Of a stretch of 64,000 bases of DNA, positions 9,786 through 19,495 are shown piece by piece. The translations under genes and the position numbers were made by a program. Source of the stretch: an uncultured Lachnoclostridium sp. (GTDB taxonomy: Bacteria > Bacillota > Clostridia > Lachnospirales > Lachnospiraceae); NCBI GenBank assembly GCA_945786935.1, contig CALZFY010000002.1, positions 3,502 to 67,501 of the forward strand, read 5' to 3'. Numbering within the stretch: position 1 is the first letter of the stretch; each line of letters opens with the position of its first letter. The notes beneath the pieces were generated by a model. It searched no databases. It saw nothing but the letters and a program-made list of their open reading frames with translations, and had not been told where the DNA came from.

Positions 9786-10742
9786 TTAAGCTCTCAATTC
9801 ATCTACAGTTTCTGCGACATACACAGTGTGTTTTAACATTTCATAGCAGGAGTTGAAATCCCCGGTTTCATATTGTCTGATAAAATCGGTCAGTTCGTAG
9901 GAAAGCTTGTTATTTCCATCAAACTCTTCCAGGATTGTTTCGCCGGATTTATCAGAAAAAGTAATCTTTGCTAAAGTGCTTACCGATTCCTTTCCCAAAA
10001 GAGTACCCTGATCTCCCTGAATAACAAAACCGGACGGACTGGTGGAATCCTTGGCTGCACAGCACACGGCATGGAAGCTGTCGTATTCCAGAACAGCCAT
10101 ACCGGAAGTGTCTACCCCATTATAACCCTTCACCGGATAATAATGTGCTTTCTTTGGCTTGCCGAAAAGGCCGATGGTAAAGTGAAGGTTATAGATGTTT
10201 AAGTCATATAATGCACCGCCTGCCAAAGAAGGGTCAAAGGCAGGAAGAATCTGACCGTTTAAATACTGTTCATAGCGGCTGGAAATTTTGCTGTAGTTGC
10301 ACTGGATCAGCTTTACATTTCCAACTTTATGTACTGAATTTTTGAGTGTATGATAAGGCGGCAGATAGGGAATAATGAAGGCTTCCCAAAGGAAAAGTCC
10401 CTTCTCCTTTGCAAGGCAAACAAGCTCCCTGGCCTCTTTGGCCGTAACAGTGAACGGCTTTTCGCAGATGACATGTTTTCCCGCATGCAGTGCCGATTTT
10501 ACATATTCATAATGTACCAGATTACTGATACCGATATAAACAGTTTCAATTTCCGGATTGCTTAAAAACGCTTCATAATCAGTATCAACCCGGGGAATAT
10601 GGTATTCTTCAGCAATTTTTTTCCCTTTTTCAAGACTATGCTGCCGAACACAAAGGGCAACAACTTTCGCATTTTCAACCAAGGCTGCATCGTGAAGAAA
10701 CATTCCCACGATCATGCCGTTTCCAACAACTCCGATCTTCAT
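9786..10742 (-). CDS. Gfo/Idh/MocA-family NAD(P)-dependent oxidoreductase
   Basis: N-terminal Rossmann motif MKIGVVGNGMIVG and the EKP motif (VICEKPF). Confidence 0.8.
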   Translation of the reverse strand: MKIGVVGNGMIVGMFLHDAALVENAKVVALCVRQHSLEKGKKIAEEYHIPRVDTDYEAFLSNPEIETVYIGISNLVHYEYVKSALHAGKHVICEKPFTVTAKEARELVCLAKEKGLFLWEAFIIPYLPPYHTLKNSVHKVGNVKLIQCNYSKISSRYEQYLNGQILPAFDPSLAGGALYDLNIYNLHFTIGLFGKPKKAHYYPVKGYNGVDTSGMAVLEYDSFHAVCCAAKDSTSPSGFVIQGDQGTLLGKESVSTLAKITFSDKSGETILEEFDGNNKLSYELTDFIRQYETGDFNSCYEMLKHTVYVAETVDELRA

Positions 10743-10752
10743 AGGAACCTCC

Positions 10753-11937
10753 TTAGCTTTTGAATATGGTCTTGGAATATTCCGTAGGGGTCATATTATA
10801 CTTTTGTGTAAATGCCCTGGAAAAATAGTGAATAGAGTTAAAGCCCAGCATCAGTGCAATCTCGCTGATGGTATAACGGCCTTCACTGATGAGCTGGCGG
10901 CTCTTTTCCAGTTTTAATTCATTGATATATTTTTTGGGTGTTTGATTCAGGTTCTCATTAAATAAAATTTGCAGAGAGGATCTGGACATGGAAAATTTCT
11001 GACAGATTTCCCCTACAGTGATGGGTTCATAAATGGTTTCATCAATGTATGTAAGGATCCGTTCCAGAAGCTCATCATGGTAATGCTGTCTGGCATCGGT
11101 AGTGGGCTTCTTGTCAGGTTCGTTTGTTACATATTCGCTCTGGAGCAGGCGGATAATGATTTCCTGGAACAGACATAAAAGAAGGCTGTCCATATAAGGC
11201 GTAAAGGTAGAACTTTCGTTGACCAGAGATTTCATCAGGGTATGGATCTTCTTGGAATAAGGAAATACCTTGTTCAGTAAAAATTCAAAATGACTCTCTT
11301 CCGGTTCCAATTCAAATAAAACAGTGACATAGGAGCAGGAGCTGCCCTCCATGATTTTCTGGCTGTGGTACTGATTGGGACCATAAATGATCAGTTCACG
11401 CTCTTTCAATTCGTAGGAAACATCATCGATTTTTGTCTGCAGGGTGCCACGGTCCACATAGGTTAATTCGTAGTAGGAATGAGACTCTCCGGAAAAAGAG
11501 TAGCCGGAATCTCTGATGGAATAATAGTATCCCAGAATTTCCCGGACACGGACCTGAGGTAAAATACGGTTAAAATGGTAAGCGGGGCTGATCAGGGAAG
11601 GGGAGGAGATAAAATCGGATTCCGTGATCAGACGATAGGTAACCTGAGCACTGACTGCAGCTACATAAAAATAAACATGAGGTTTGAGCTTTACATAGCG
11701 ATGTATGGCAAAGGCCTGAAAAGTGTCGGTTTCCGCACAGTCACTGACGATGAGAGCTGCCATTCCGGATTCTATCTCAATATAGACTTCACAGTCAAAG
11801 CAGGAAAAAAGAGAAATACTTTCTTTGATAGTCGCCTCTGTTTCACGACAGATCATGCCGGTTTTTTCAAGGTCTACCGGTGTATCATAGACACTCCCGA
11901 AGGATTCGAAGAGTGCACTGGATGTTTTATGCTGCAT
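10753..11937 (-). CDS. AraC-family transcriptional regulator with an extended N-terminal sensor region
   Basis: C-terminal HTH_18 (EIALMLGFNSIHYFSRAFTQKYNMTPTEY). GGGAGGTG Shine-Dalgarno precedes ATG 11937. Divergent from the PTS EIIB/C/D genes. Confidence 0.85.
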   Translation of the reverse strand: MQHKTSSALFESFGSVYDTPVDLEKTGMICRETEATIKESISLFSCFDCEVYIEIESGMAALIVSDCAETDTFQAFAIHRYVKLKPHVYFYVAAVSAQVTYRLITESDFISSPSLISPAYHFNRILPQVRVREILGYYYSIRDSGYSFSGESHSYYELTYVDRGTLQTKIDDVSYELKERELIIYGPNQYHSQKIMEGSSCSYVTVLFELEPEESHFEFLLNKVFPYSKKIHTLMKSLVNESSTFTPYMDSLLLCLFQEIIIRLLQSEYVTNEPDKKPTTDARQHYHDELLERILTYIDETIYEPITVGEICQKFSMSRSSLQILFNENLNQTPKKYINELKLEKSRQLISEGRYTISEIALMLGFNSIHYFSRAFTQKYNMTPTEYSKTIFKS

Positions 11938-12171
11938 GAAAAACACCTCCCAAAATTGAGTCTATGAAAATTAGTATACCATATTTGTGCAAAATGTCCA
12001 TAAAACGAATATATTAATGTTGAAAAAGTATAAAAAGAATTAAAAAAAACTAAAATGCACAATATTTTCCATAAAAATCACAAAGACATTTGAAGATATT
12101 AAGAATTATAATAAAGCATACTCTGAAACGGAATTTTCAGGGGGGAATCATAATCAAGGAGGGGAGTTAAA

Positions 12172-12648
12172 ATGCCTAATATCGTTTTAACCAGAATTGA
12201 CAACCGACTGGTACATGGTCAGGTTGCTACTCAGTGGTGCGGAAGCATCGGTGCAAATCTTATCCTCGTTGCAAATGATGAAGTTGCAGGGAACACACTT
12301 CGTCAGGGTCTGATGGATATGGCTGCTCCGTCTTATGCTGCTATGCGTTACTGGACAATCGACAAAACTATCTCAACTATTCACAAAGCTTCTGACAAAC
12401 AGCTGATCTTCATCGTATGTGAAAATCCGCAGGATGTTTTAAGACTTGTAGAGGGTGGAGTACCAATCAAGAAAGTCAATATCGGCAATATGCATATGGC
12501 AGAAGGCAAACGTCAGGTTGCAGGTTCTGTAGCTGTTGATGATGCTGATGTTGCTGCATTTGCAAAATTGCGTGACCTCGGTGTAGAACTCGAAATCAGA
12601 AGAGTTCCATCTGAAGGTGCAGAGAACATTGATAAATTGTTCAAATAA
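12172..12648 (+). CDS. PTS mannose-family EIIB component
   Basis: RIDNRLVHGQVATQW active-site His motif; 158 aa. Confidence 0.9.
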   Translation: MPNIVLTRIDNRLVHGQVATQWCGSIGANLILVANDEVAGNTLRQGLMDMAAPSYAAMRYWTIDKTISTIHKASDKQLIFIVCENPQDVLRLVEGGVPIKKVNIGNMHMAEGKRQVAGSVAVDDADVAAFAKLRDLGVELEIRRVPSEGAENIDKLFK

Positions 12649-12695
12649 GAGATAAGACCCGCTAAAGAGGTCTTATGAAAGGAGAAAAAAGGTTT

Positions 12696-13502
12696 ATGGA
12701 TTTTAATGTAATTCAGATTTTACTGGTTGCTGTTTGGACATTTATTATCGCAATCGACCAGTTTGATTTTTTAGAATCCCTGTATCAGCCAATCGTAACC
12801 GGTGCTGTAATCGGCGCTATTCTTGGTGACCTTAAGACAGGTTTAGTTGTTGGTGGTACATATCAGTTAATGACAATCGGTAACATGCCAGTTGGTGGAG
12901 CTCAGCCACCTAACGCAGTTATCGGTGGTGTAATGGCTACAGTATTCGCAATTGCTTCAGGACTTGAAACAGGTGCAGCAGTTGGTCTTGCAGTTCCATT
13001 CGCTCTCATCGGACAGTACATGGTAGTATTCCTGTTCACTGTTATGTCAGCAGTTATGGCAAAAGCAGACAAATGTGCAGAAAATGCAGATGCAAAGGGT
13101 ATCGTTACTTTGAACTACATGGCTATGGGAGCTCTTGGTTTACTCTTCGCAGTTGTTTGTGTTGCTGGTTTAATCGGTGGAGCAGCTCTTGGTTCAACAT
13201 TAGACGCATTAGCACAGCAGTTCGGATGGTTCATGACAGGCTTAAGCACAGCTGGTGGTATGATGAGATACGTAGGTTTCGCTACATTACTTCGTATCAT
13301 GTTATCTAACGATTTCTGGGGAGTTTACTTCGCAGGTTTCGCATTAGCTACAATCATCGGATATGTAGACGGATTAGGCGGATCTGCTCTGATCCTGATC
13401 GCTATGTTCGGTATTGCATTAGCACTCTATGATTACCAGACACGTACAGCTATGAAAGCTTGCGGCGGAAGCAACGCAGGAGGTGAAGAGGATGGCATCT
13501 AA
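12696..13502 (+). CDS. PTS mannose-family EIIC component
   Basis: Polytopic membrane protein of EIIC-Man type. GGAG precedes ATG 12696. Confidence 0.85.
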   Translation: MDFNVIQILLVAVWTFIIAIDQFDFLESLYQPIVTGAVIGAILGDLKTGLVVGGTYQLMTIGNMPVGGAQPPNAVIGGVMATVFAIASGLETGAAVGLAVPFALIGQYMVVFLFTVMSAVMAKADKCAENADAKGIVTLNYMAMGALGLLFAVVCVAGLIGGAALGSTLDALAQQFGWFMTGLSTAGGMMRYVGFATLLRIMLSNDFWGVYFAGFALATIIGYVDGLGGSALILIAMFGIALALYDYQTRTAMKACGGSNAGGEEDGI

Positions 13503-14304
13503 TTATAGAAATTTGACACCGGCTCAGCCGTTAGACAAAAAAACTCTTAATAAAATGGTATGGCGTTCTCTGAACTTACAGGCTTCTTTCAACTATGAAA
13601 GAATGCAGGCTGCAGGTTGGTTATATTGTATCCTTCCAGGCCTTGAAAAAATCCATACTGACAAAGAAGACTTAAAGTTAGCTATGGCTCACAACCTTGA
13701 GTTCTTCAACACACATCCATTCTTAGTAACATTTGTAATGGGTATCGTATTATCTATGGAACAGCAGAAAGCTGACATCAACACAATCCGTGCCGTACGT
13801 GTTGCCGCTATGGGACCTCTCGGTGGTATTGGTGATGCTATTTTCTGGTTCACATTAGTACCTATCACAGCTGGTATTACAGCGAACATGGCAATTAATG
13901 GTTCTGTCGTAGGACCTATCCTGTTCCTTATTATCTTCAACGCAGTTCAGTTTGCAGTTCGTTTCTTCTTAATGAACTGGTCTTACAAACTTGGTTCTGC
14001 AGCTATCGGTATCTTAACAGCTAACGCTAAAGAATTTACACGTGCAGCTTCTATGCTCGGTGTATTCATCGTTGGTGCTTTAACATCTAACTATGGTGGA
14101 ACAACTGTTTCTCTTGAAATCGCAAACGGTGAAGCTCCAATCGTTGTTCAGAGCATCCTTGATGGCGTTCTTCCAAAAATGATTCCGTTAGCATTAACAT
14201 TAATGTGCTACTTCTTAATGAAGAAAAAAGGCTGGACACCTGTTAAATGTATCGGTTTACTCTTAGTAATCGGTCTTGTAGGTGCATTCATTGGTCTCTT
14301 CTAA
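13492..14304 (+). CDS. PTS mannose-family EIID component
   Basis: WRSLNLQASFNYERMQAAGW and HNLEFFNTHP are EIID signatures. Overlaps the end of EIIC by 11 nt. Confidence 0.9.
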   Translation: MASNYRNLTPAQPLDKKTLNKMVWRSLNLQASFNYERMQAAGWLYCILPGLEKIHTDKEDLKLAMAHNLEFFNTHPFLVTFVMGIVLSMEQQKADINTIRAVRVAAMGPLGGIGDAIFWFTLVPITAGITANMAINGSVVGPILFLIIFNAVQFAVRFFLMNWSYKLGSAAIGILTANAKEFTRAASMLGVFIVGALTSNYGGTTVSLEIANGEAPIVVQSILDGVLPKMIPLALTLMCYFLMKKKGWTPVKCIGLLLVIGLVGAFIGLF

Positions 14305-14352
14305 TTAGTATAAGAATAACAGATTAATAAAGACTCCTTGATTGAGAAATCT

Positions 14353-14388
14353 GCCGGCCCGTGCGTTTGTGCGGGCTGGCATTTTTTT
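14353..14388 (+). terminator. rho-independent terminator after PTS EIID
   Basis: 9-bp GC-rich stem GCCGGCCCG / CGGGCTGGC followed by a T7 run. Confidence 0.85.
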
Positions 14389-14486
14389 CAACATACTTTT
14401 CAAAAATACAATAGCATGGTATAATTGGTAAAAGGATTTTTGTAAAGATGAATTAAGGGAATTATTTTTTAGAGGAGATTTTACAT

Positions 14487-14732
14487 ATGAATCGTGTTGG
14501 AATCAATATTGTACTTGGAACCTTTTGGATTCTGGTAGCAATCTGGATGTTTTTGAATGGTGGCAGGACAGCTGAGGAGCAGATGTGTGCAGCAATTCTG
14601 GTGGTTTTAGGAGTGATGTTCTACTGGGCAGCCTATAAGGTATATGTGACTCCAAGTACACAGATGAAAAAGAAACAGAATCTGATTGAACGCCTTTCAG
14701 ATCCAAGTTATAAAAAATCCAAGAAAAAATAA
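14487..14732 (+). CDS. small membrane protein (hypothetical)
   Basis: 81 aa with two hydrophobic helices and a lysine-rich tail. GGAG Shine-Dalgarno upstream. Confidence 0.5.
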   Translation: MNRVGINIVLGTFWILVAIWMFLNGGRTAEEQMCAAILVVLGVMFYWAAYKVYVTPSTQMKKKQNLIERLSDPSYKKSKKK

Positions 14733-14753
14733 AGGAAAAAGGGGGATTTTCAA

Positions 14754-15479
14754 ATGAGAATTATTAAAACCAAAGATTATGCTGATATGAGCAGAAAAGC
14801 AGCAGCGATTATTGCAGCACAGGTAATTGAAAAACCGGATTGCGTACTCGGTCTTGCAACAGGTTCTACACCGATTGGCACATACAAAGCATTGATCAAA
14901 GCATACGAAGAAGGAGATCTGGATTTCTCACAGGTAAAGACAGCGAACCTGGATGAATATCGTGGCTTGAAAAAGACAAATGATCAGAGCTATGATTATT
15001 TCATGAAAGATAACCTTTTCAATCATATCAACATTAACTTTGATAACTTAAATATTCCAAACGGAGAAAATCCGGATGCAGATGCAGAATGCGCAAGATA
15101 TGAAAAAGTCGTAAAAGCTCTCGGCGGACAGGATTTACAGCTTCTTGGTATGGGACATAACGGACATATCGGATTTAATGAACCGGCAGATGAGTTTGTA
15201 AAAGAAACACATTGTGTTGATTTACAGGAAAGTACGATTCAGGCAAACAAGAGATTCTTCGAAAAAGTTGAGGATGTTCCTACACAGGCTTACACCATGG
15301 GTATTAAAACCATTATGCAGGCAAAGAAGATCCTTGTGATCGTAAGCGGTGCTGACAAGGCTGAAATCGTGAAAAAAGCGTTTTTTGGTCCTGTAACTCC
15401 GCAGGTTCCGGCATCTATTCTTCAGTTACATCCAAACGTTGTAGTTGTAGTTGACGAAGCAGCTGGAAGCCTGATCTAA
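14754..15479 (+). CDS. nagB: glucosamine-6-phosphate deaminase
   Basis: LGLATGSTP and GMGHNGHIGFNEP motifs; 241 aa. Confidence 0.92.
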   Translation: MRIIKTKDYADMSRKAAAIIAAQVIEKPDCVLGLATGSTPIGTYKALIKAYEEGDLDFSQVKTANLDEYRGLKKTNDQSYDYFMKDNLFNHININFDNLNIPNGENPDADAECARYEKVVKALGGQDLQLLGMGHNGHIGFNEPADEFVKETHCVDLQESTIQANKRFFEKVEDVPTQAYTMGIKTIMQAKKILVIVSGADKAEIVKKAFFGPVTPQVPASILQLHPNVVVVVDEAAGSLI

Positions 15480-15627
15480 ATCATAGTGTGATAATGCGAT
15501 AGAAAGTATGCTTTGCATACTTTCTATTGTCATGAATGAAAGTCGTTTCCAAACATGGGAAGCGACTTTGTTGGTTATAGTAATAGCGGTTGAGGTTGAC
15601 GTTACCGATTTAAAATGATATATAATA

Positions 15628-15668
15628 GTAACTGTTCAAAAACCACTGTAACTGGAAGGCACTGAACA
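15628..15668 (+). repeat. diverged repeat-related segment in the greA leader
   Basis: GTAACTGTTCA...GTAACTGG...TGAACA shares ACTGTTCA and GTAACTGG with the core. The 11-mer GTAACTGTTCA recurs on the minus strand at 27970-27980. Confidence 0.35.
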
Positions 15669-15711
15669 AAGATATATAATAAAGCAGATAAATCAGGGTG
15701 GAGGAAGATGA

Positions 15712-16215
15712 ATGTTACATGAAAAACTGACGACATCTGATGTGGAAAAAATTCAGCAGGAGATTGAACATCGTAAACTGGTGATTAGAAAAGAGGCACT
15801 GGAATCTGTAAAAGAGGCCAGGGCTCATGGCGACTTAAGCGAAAATTTCGAGTACAAGGCCGCAAAACAGTATAAGAATAAAAACGAAAGCAGGATTCGC
15901 TATCTGGAGAGATTGTTGAAAAATGCTGAAATCATTGAAGACGAATGGAAGCCTGACCAGGTTGGATTAAACAGCGTGGTAAGGATTTATATAGAAGAAG
16001 ACGACGAGGAGGAAGAATACAAGATCGTGACCTCGATCCGTGGAAGCTCTATTCATGGGTATATCAGCATTGAATCTCCTATGGGTAAGGCTTTGTTGGG
16101 ACATAAGGTTGGAGAGCGGGTTCATATCCAGGTAAATGACAGCTACGGATATGATGCAGTGATCCGCAGCATTTCCAAGAGTGATGAAACAGGGGATGAG
16201 ATACGGAAGTTTTAA
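15712..16215 (+). CDS. greA: transcription elongation factor GreA
   Basis: Coiled-coil N-domain containing GDLSENFEYKAAK, plus an FKBP-like C-domain. Confidence 0.9.
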   Translation: MLHEKLTTSDVEKIQQEIEHRKLVIRKEALESVKEARAHGDLSENFEYKAAKQYKNKNESRIRYLERLLKNAEIIEDEWKPDQVGLNSVVRIYIEEDDEEEEYKIVTSIRGSSIHGYISIESPMGKALLGHKVGERVHIQVNDSYGYDAVIRSISKSDETGDEIRKF

Positions 16216-16270
16216 ACTGTCATATCGCCCGATGGCAGGATTCTAAACAGTAAGAGGAGTAAATGAAAGA

Positions 16271-17143
16271 ATGATTAAAGTGATAGCAAGTGATTTGGAT
16301 GGAACCTTGTTGGATGTGAACCACCGGATCAATCATGAAACTGCTGAAATGGTACGCAAAGCCTGTGCTGCCGGGATCCGTTTTATGGTGGCTACAGGAA
16401 GAAATTATGAGGGTGCGATCCGTGCACTGGATGGAGAAGATTTTGTCTGTGACTATATTGTAAGCAGTGGTGCGGAGGTAAGAAATCCCCAACATAAGAT
16501 TTTATTCAGCACCACGATGAATATGGAGAAATGCAAGGCTGTCTGTGCAGTATTAGACAGATATAATATCTCCTACATTCTCTGTGGGCCGGACAAAGAG
16601 TACTGCATCGGGACCATAGAAGAGATGGAACAAAACATCATTGAGCATATTTACACCTTTAACCAGAACATTCCTATAGAGAAGATCAAAGATAGTGAAA
16701 TGTATCGGGAGATGACAGAGAGAACGAAGGCAACTCCTGATTTTGAAAGTCTGATCAGGGATGCAGCAAAAGTTACCAAAGTATTTGCTTTTTCAGAAAA
16801 CCTGGAGCTTTTGGCAGAAGCGAAAAAGGAGCTTGAAAAGATTCCGGGAATGGCAGTTTCCTCCTCTTTTTTCAATAATCTGGAGCTTACAGAAGAAGCA
16901 GCTCAGAAAGGACCGGTTCTGAAAAACTATATTGAGTCCCTGGGTTATGCGATGGATGAAGTAATGGTTTTTGGTGACAGCCTGAATGATTATTCCATGA
17001 TCTCCATGGACTTTGGAGCAACCATCGCCATGGAGAATGCAGATCCGGAAATTAAGAAAGCTGCCAAATATATTACAAGATCCAATGCAAAAAATGGAGT
17101 TGCGTTTGCTATTGAAGAACTTTTAAAAAGAATCCATAAATAA
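16271..17143 (+). CDS. Cof-type HAD-IIB phosphatase
   Basis: DLDGTLL motif I, VATGR, and GDSLNDYSM motif IV. Confidence 0.85.
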   Translation: MIKVIASDLDGTLLDVNHRINHETAEMVRKACAAGIRFMVATGRNYEGAIRALDGEDFVCDYIVSSGAEVRNPQHKILFSTTMNMEKCKAVCAVLDRYNISYILCGPDKEYCIGTIEEMEQNIIEHIYTFNQNIPIEKIKDSEMYREMTERTKATPDFESLIRDAAKVTKVFAFSENLELLAEAKKELEKIPGMAVSSSFFNNLELTEEAAQKGPVLKNYIESLGYAMDEVMVFGDSLNDYSMISMDFGATIAMENADPEIKKAAKYITRSNAKNGVAFAIEELLKRIHK

Positions 17144-17188
17144 TGTTTCCGAGTGTTTATTGAAAATTTACTACGATGAAAAACAATA

Positions 17189-17231
17189 AAAGGTGCAGGA
17201 CTCTCACAGAAAGTGATAGTGCTGCACCTTA
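17189..17231 (-). terminator. terminator for the ddl-murF-aldolase transcript
   Basis: AAGGTGCAG / CTGCACCTT stem. The T-rich tract is on the minus-strand side (TTTTATTGTTTTT). Confidence 0.6.
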
Positions 17232-17271
17232 ATGTTATAAATGAGAAAAGGAAAAAAATACCCAGAAGCTT

Positions 17272-18120
17272 TTATGCTCTGCCATTGCTGCCGCACACAA
17301 GCATTTTGCCCATAACGTATTCTTTGACTTTTTCGCGTCCGGCTGCGTTGTATTTCTTAGGATCAATGGTATCAGGTTTTTCAGTTAATACCTGTTTCAC
17401 ACCCTCTGTAAAGGCAATGCGAAGATCTGTTGCATAGTTCACTTTACAAATTCCTCTCTTAATACATTCCTTTACGGTTTCATCCGGGACACCGGAGGTT
17501 CCGTGAAGTACCAGTGGAATGGAAACCACGTTTTTAATCTCGCTTAAACGGTCTAAATCCAGTTTTGGAATTCCTTTATAAACTCCATGAGCTGTTCCGA
17601 TGGCAACAGCCAGGAAATCTACACCTGTTCTTTCTACAAATTCTGCAGCTTCAGAAGGTTCCGTATATCCACCATTTCCGCCATCTAAGTCATCTTCTTT
17701 TCCGCCAACCTTTCCAAGTTCAGCCTCTACAGGAACTCCTGCAGGATGGCAGGCATCTGCTACAGATTTTGTGATTGCGATATTTTCTTCAAATACACTG
17801 TGAGATCCGTCGATCATGATGGAAGTATATCCTGCGCGGAATGCTTTCATTGCAAGGTCAAAGCTGTTGCCGTGATCTAAATGCATAACCACCGGGACAC
17901 TTGCTTTCTTCGCGGCACATGCCACATTTGCGTAGAAGTAATCTGCATCTGCATATTTTAAAGTAGATGGTGTGGTCTGCATGATGACAGGAGAGTGAAG
18001 TTCTTCTGCGGCAGCAATGACTGCCTGAACCATTTCCATGTTTTCGACGTTGAATGCGCCTACTGCATAACTGTTTTTCTGAGCGTCTAATAATAATTCT
18101 TTTGATGTTACCAGTGCCAT
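17272..18120 (-). CDS. class II ketose-bisphosphate aldolase (fructose/tagatose-1,6-bisphosphate aldolase family)
   Basis: YAVGAFNVENMEM, HLDHG, and AIGTAHGVYKG motifs. The start is 3 nt after the murF stop, with a GGAGG inside the murF 3' end. Confidence 0.88.
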   Translation of the reverse strand: MALVTSKELLLDAQKNSYAVGAFNVENMEMVQAVIAAAEELHSPVIMQTTPSTLKYADADYFYANVACAAKKASVPVVMHLDHGNSFDLAMKAFRAGYTSIMIDGSHSVFEENIAITKSVADACHPAGVPVEAELGKVGGKEDDLDGGNGGYTEPSEAAEFVERTGVDFLAVAIGTAHGVYKGIPKLDLDRLSEIKNVVSIPLVLHGTSGVPDETVKECIKRGICKVNYATDLRIAFTEGVKQVLTEKPDTIDPKKYNAAGREKVKEYVMGKMLVCGSNGRA

Positions 18121-18123
18121 GGT

Positions 18124-19494
18124 TTAATCCTCCAATGCTTCAATAATTTTTTCAAAATGCATGAAATGAGATGCTTTGATCAAAATAGAATCTCCCTGTT
18201 TTAACAGATCCGAAAGCTGTGGGATCAGCTCTTCTCTGGTGGAAAACAGGCGTGCATCCATGTCGTTATTTGCTGCCTTTGCTCCTTTTACATACTCCTC
18301 GGACAAAGTACCCACGCAAAGCAGCAGGTCAATATTTTTTTCACCGGCATATTCCCCTACACCATAGTGAAGTTTTTTTTCATCGCTGCCGAGCTCTCCC
18401 ATATCGCCTAAAATAGCTATTTTTCTGCCCGGAGTGGTTGCAAGGACATCAATAGAGGCTTTCATGGAGACAGGGTTTGCGTTATAGCAGTCATCCATGA
18501 TGGTGTACCGGGAAGTGTGGATGAGATGGTTTCGTCCGCTGATGGTTTTAGCCTGCTCAATGCCTGCTTTGATTTCCTCCAGGGTAAGTCCGAGAGCGAG
18601 TCCCACACAGGTTCCTGCCATGGCATTATACACGGAATGAATTCCCGGAATGTGGATATGCACCGAAAATTTTCCGGAAGGTGTGGAAATGTCGCATACG
18701 GTTCCATCCAGCCCTAAGTTTTCCACATGTTCAGCATAGACATCGTTGGAGTGATCCATACCAAACAGAGTGCAGGAAAGGTCCTTTCTGTCTTTTAAAG
18801 TACGAAGTTTATCGTCATCTCCGTTGACAATGACAGGAGCTCCTTCCTTTGCAAAATCGAAAATTTCTGTCTTTGCACGGAAAACGCCATCCCGGTCTCC
18901 TAAAAATTCCAGATGACAAAGTCCGATATTGGTGATGACGCAAAGATCCGGATGGGCAATTTTGCTTAGACGATGCATTTCACCAAAATCACTGATGCCC
19001 ATTTCCAAAACCGCTGCTTCGTGCTCTTCTCTAATCCGAAAAACAGTCAGAGGAAGCCCCACTTCGTTGTTAAAGTTACCTGCAGTTTTCAGTGTGCGGT
19101 ATTTTACATCCAGAACAGATGCAATCATCTCCTTGGTACTTGTTTTACCTACACTGCCGGTAATTCCAACAACCGGAAGCCTTAAGGTACTGCGGTAAAA
19201 TTCAGCCATATCCTTTAATGCCTGAAAGGTGGATGCCACACGGATATAGGAATGTGTCTCATCTACCGGAGGTTTTTCCCCAAGACAGCATAAAGCACCG
19301 GCCTCGTAGCAGTTGCCAATAAAGGAGTGACCGTCCACCCGCTCTCCTACAGTGGCGGCAAAGAGCCATCCTTCCCCGATCTGGCGGCTGTCAATGGCAA
19401 TGCCCTCGATCTCTTTTTCGAGATTTTCGGCGGGACCGAAATAGGTTCCGTGGCAGGCCTTTAAAATTGCCTGAAGTGTCATTTGATTCATCAT
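18124..19494 (-). CDS. murF: UDP-N-acetylmuramoyl-tripeptide--D-alanyl-D-alanine ligase
   Basis: GITGSVGKTSTKEM P-loop and Mur ligase C-domain. GAGGA precedes ATG 19494; the track ORF extends to 19509. Confidence 0.9.
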   Translation of the reverse strand: MMNQMTLQAILKACHGTYFGPAENLEKEIEGIAIDSRQIGEGWLFAATVGERVDGHSFIGNCYEAGALCCLGEKPPVDETHSYIRVASTFQALKDMAEFYRSTLRLPVVGITGSVGKTSTKEMIASVLDVKYRTLKTAGNFNNEVGLPLTVFRIREEHEAAVLEMGISDFGEMHRLSKIAHPDLCVITNIGLCHLEFLGDRDGVFRAKTEIFDFAKEGAPVIVNGDDDKLRTLKDRKDLSCTLFGMDHSNDVYAEHVENLGLDGTVCDISTPSGKFSVHIHIPGIHSVYNAMAGTCVGLALGLTLEEIKAGIEQAKTISGRNHLIHTSRYTIMDDCYNANPVSMKASIDVLATTPGRKIAILGDMGELGSDEKKLHYGVGEYAGEKNIDLLLCVGTLSEEYVKGAKAANNDMDARLFSTREELIPQLSDLLKQGDSILIKASHFMHFEKIIEALED

Positions 19495-19495
19495 T

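Noticed and set aside
11991-12002. The 12-mer AAAATGTCCATA is shared upstream of two AraC genes (11991 and 35102), and its core AAATGTCCAT occurs inverted at 33138-33147 next to the third AraC gene.
   Set aside because: On the AraC-gene strand, the first two copies supply a TGGACA -35 hexamer 16-17 nt before TATACT or TATTCT. They are therefore most simply similar promoters of paralogous regulators. The third copy is in the opposite orientation and has no matching -10. It remains possible that this is an autoregulatory site.
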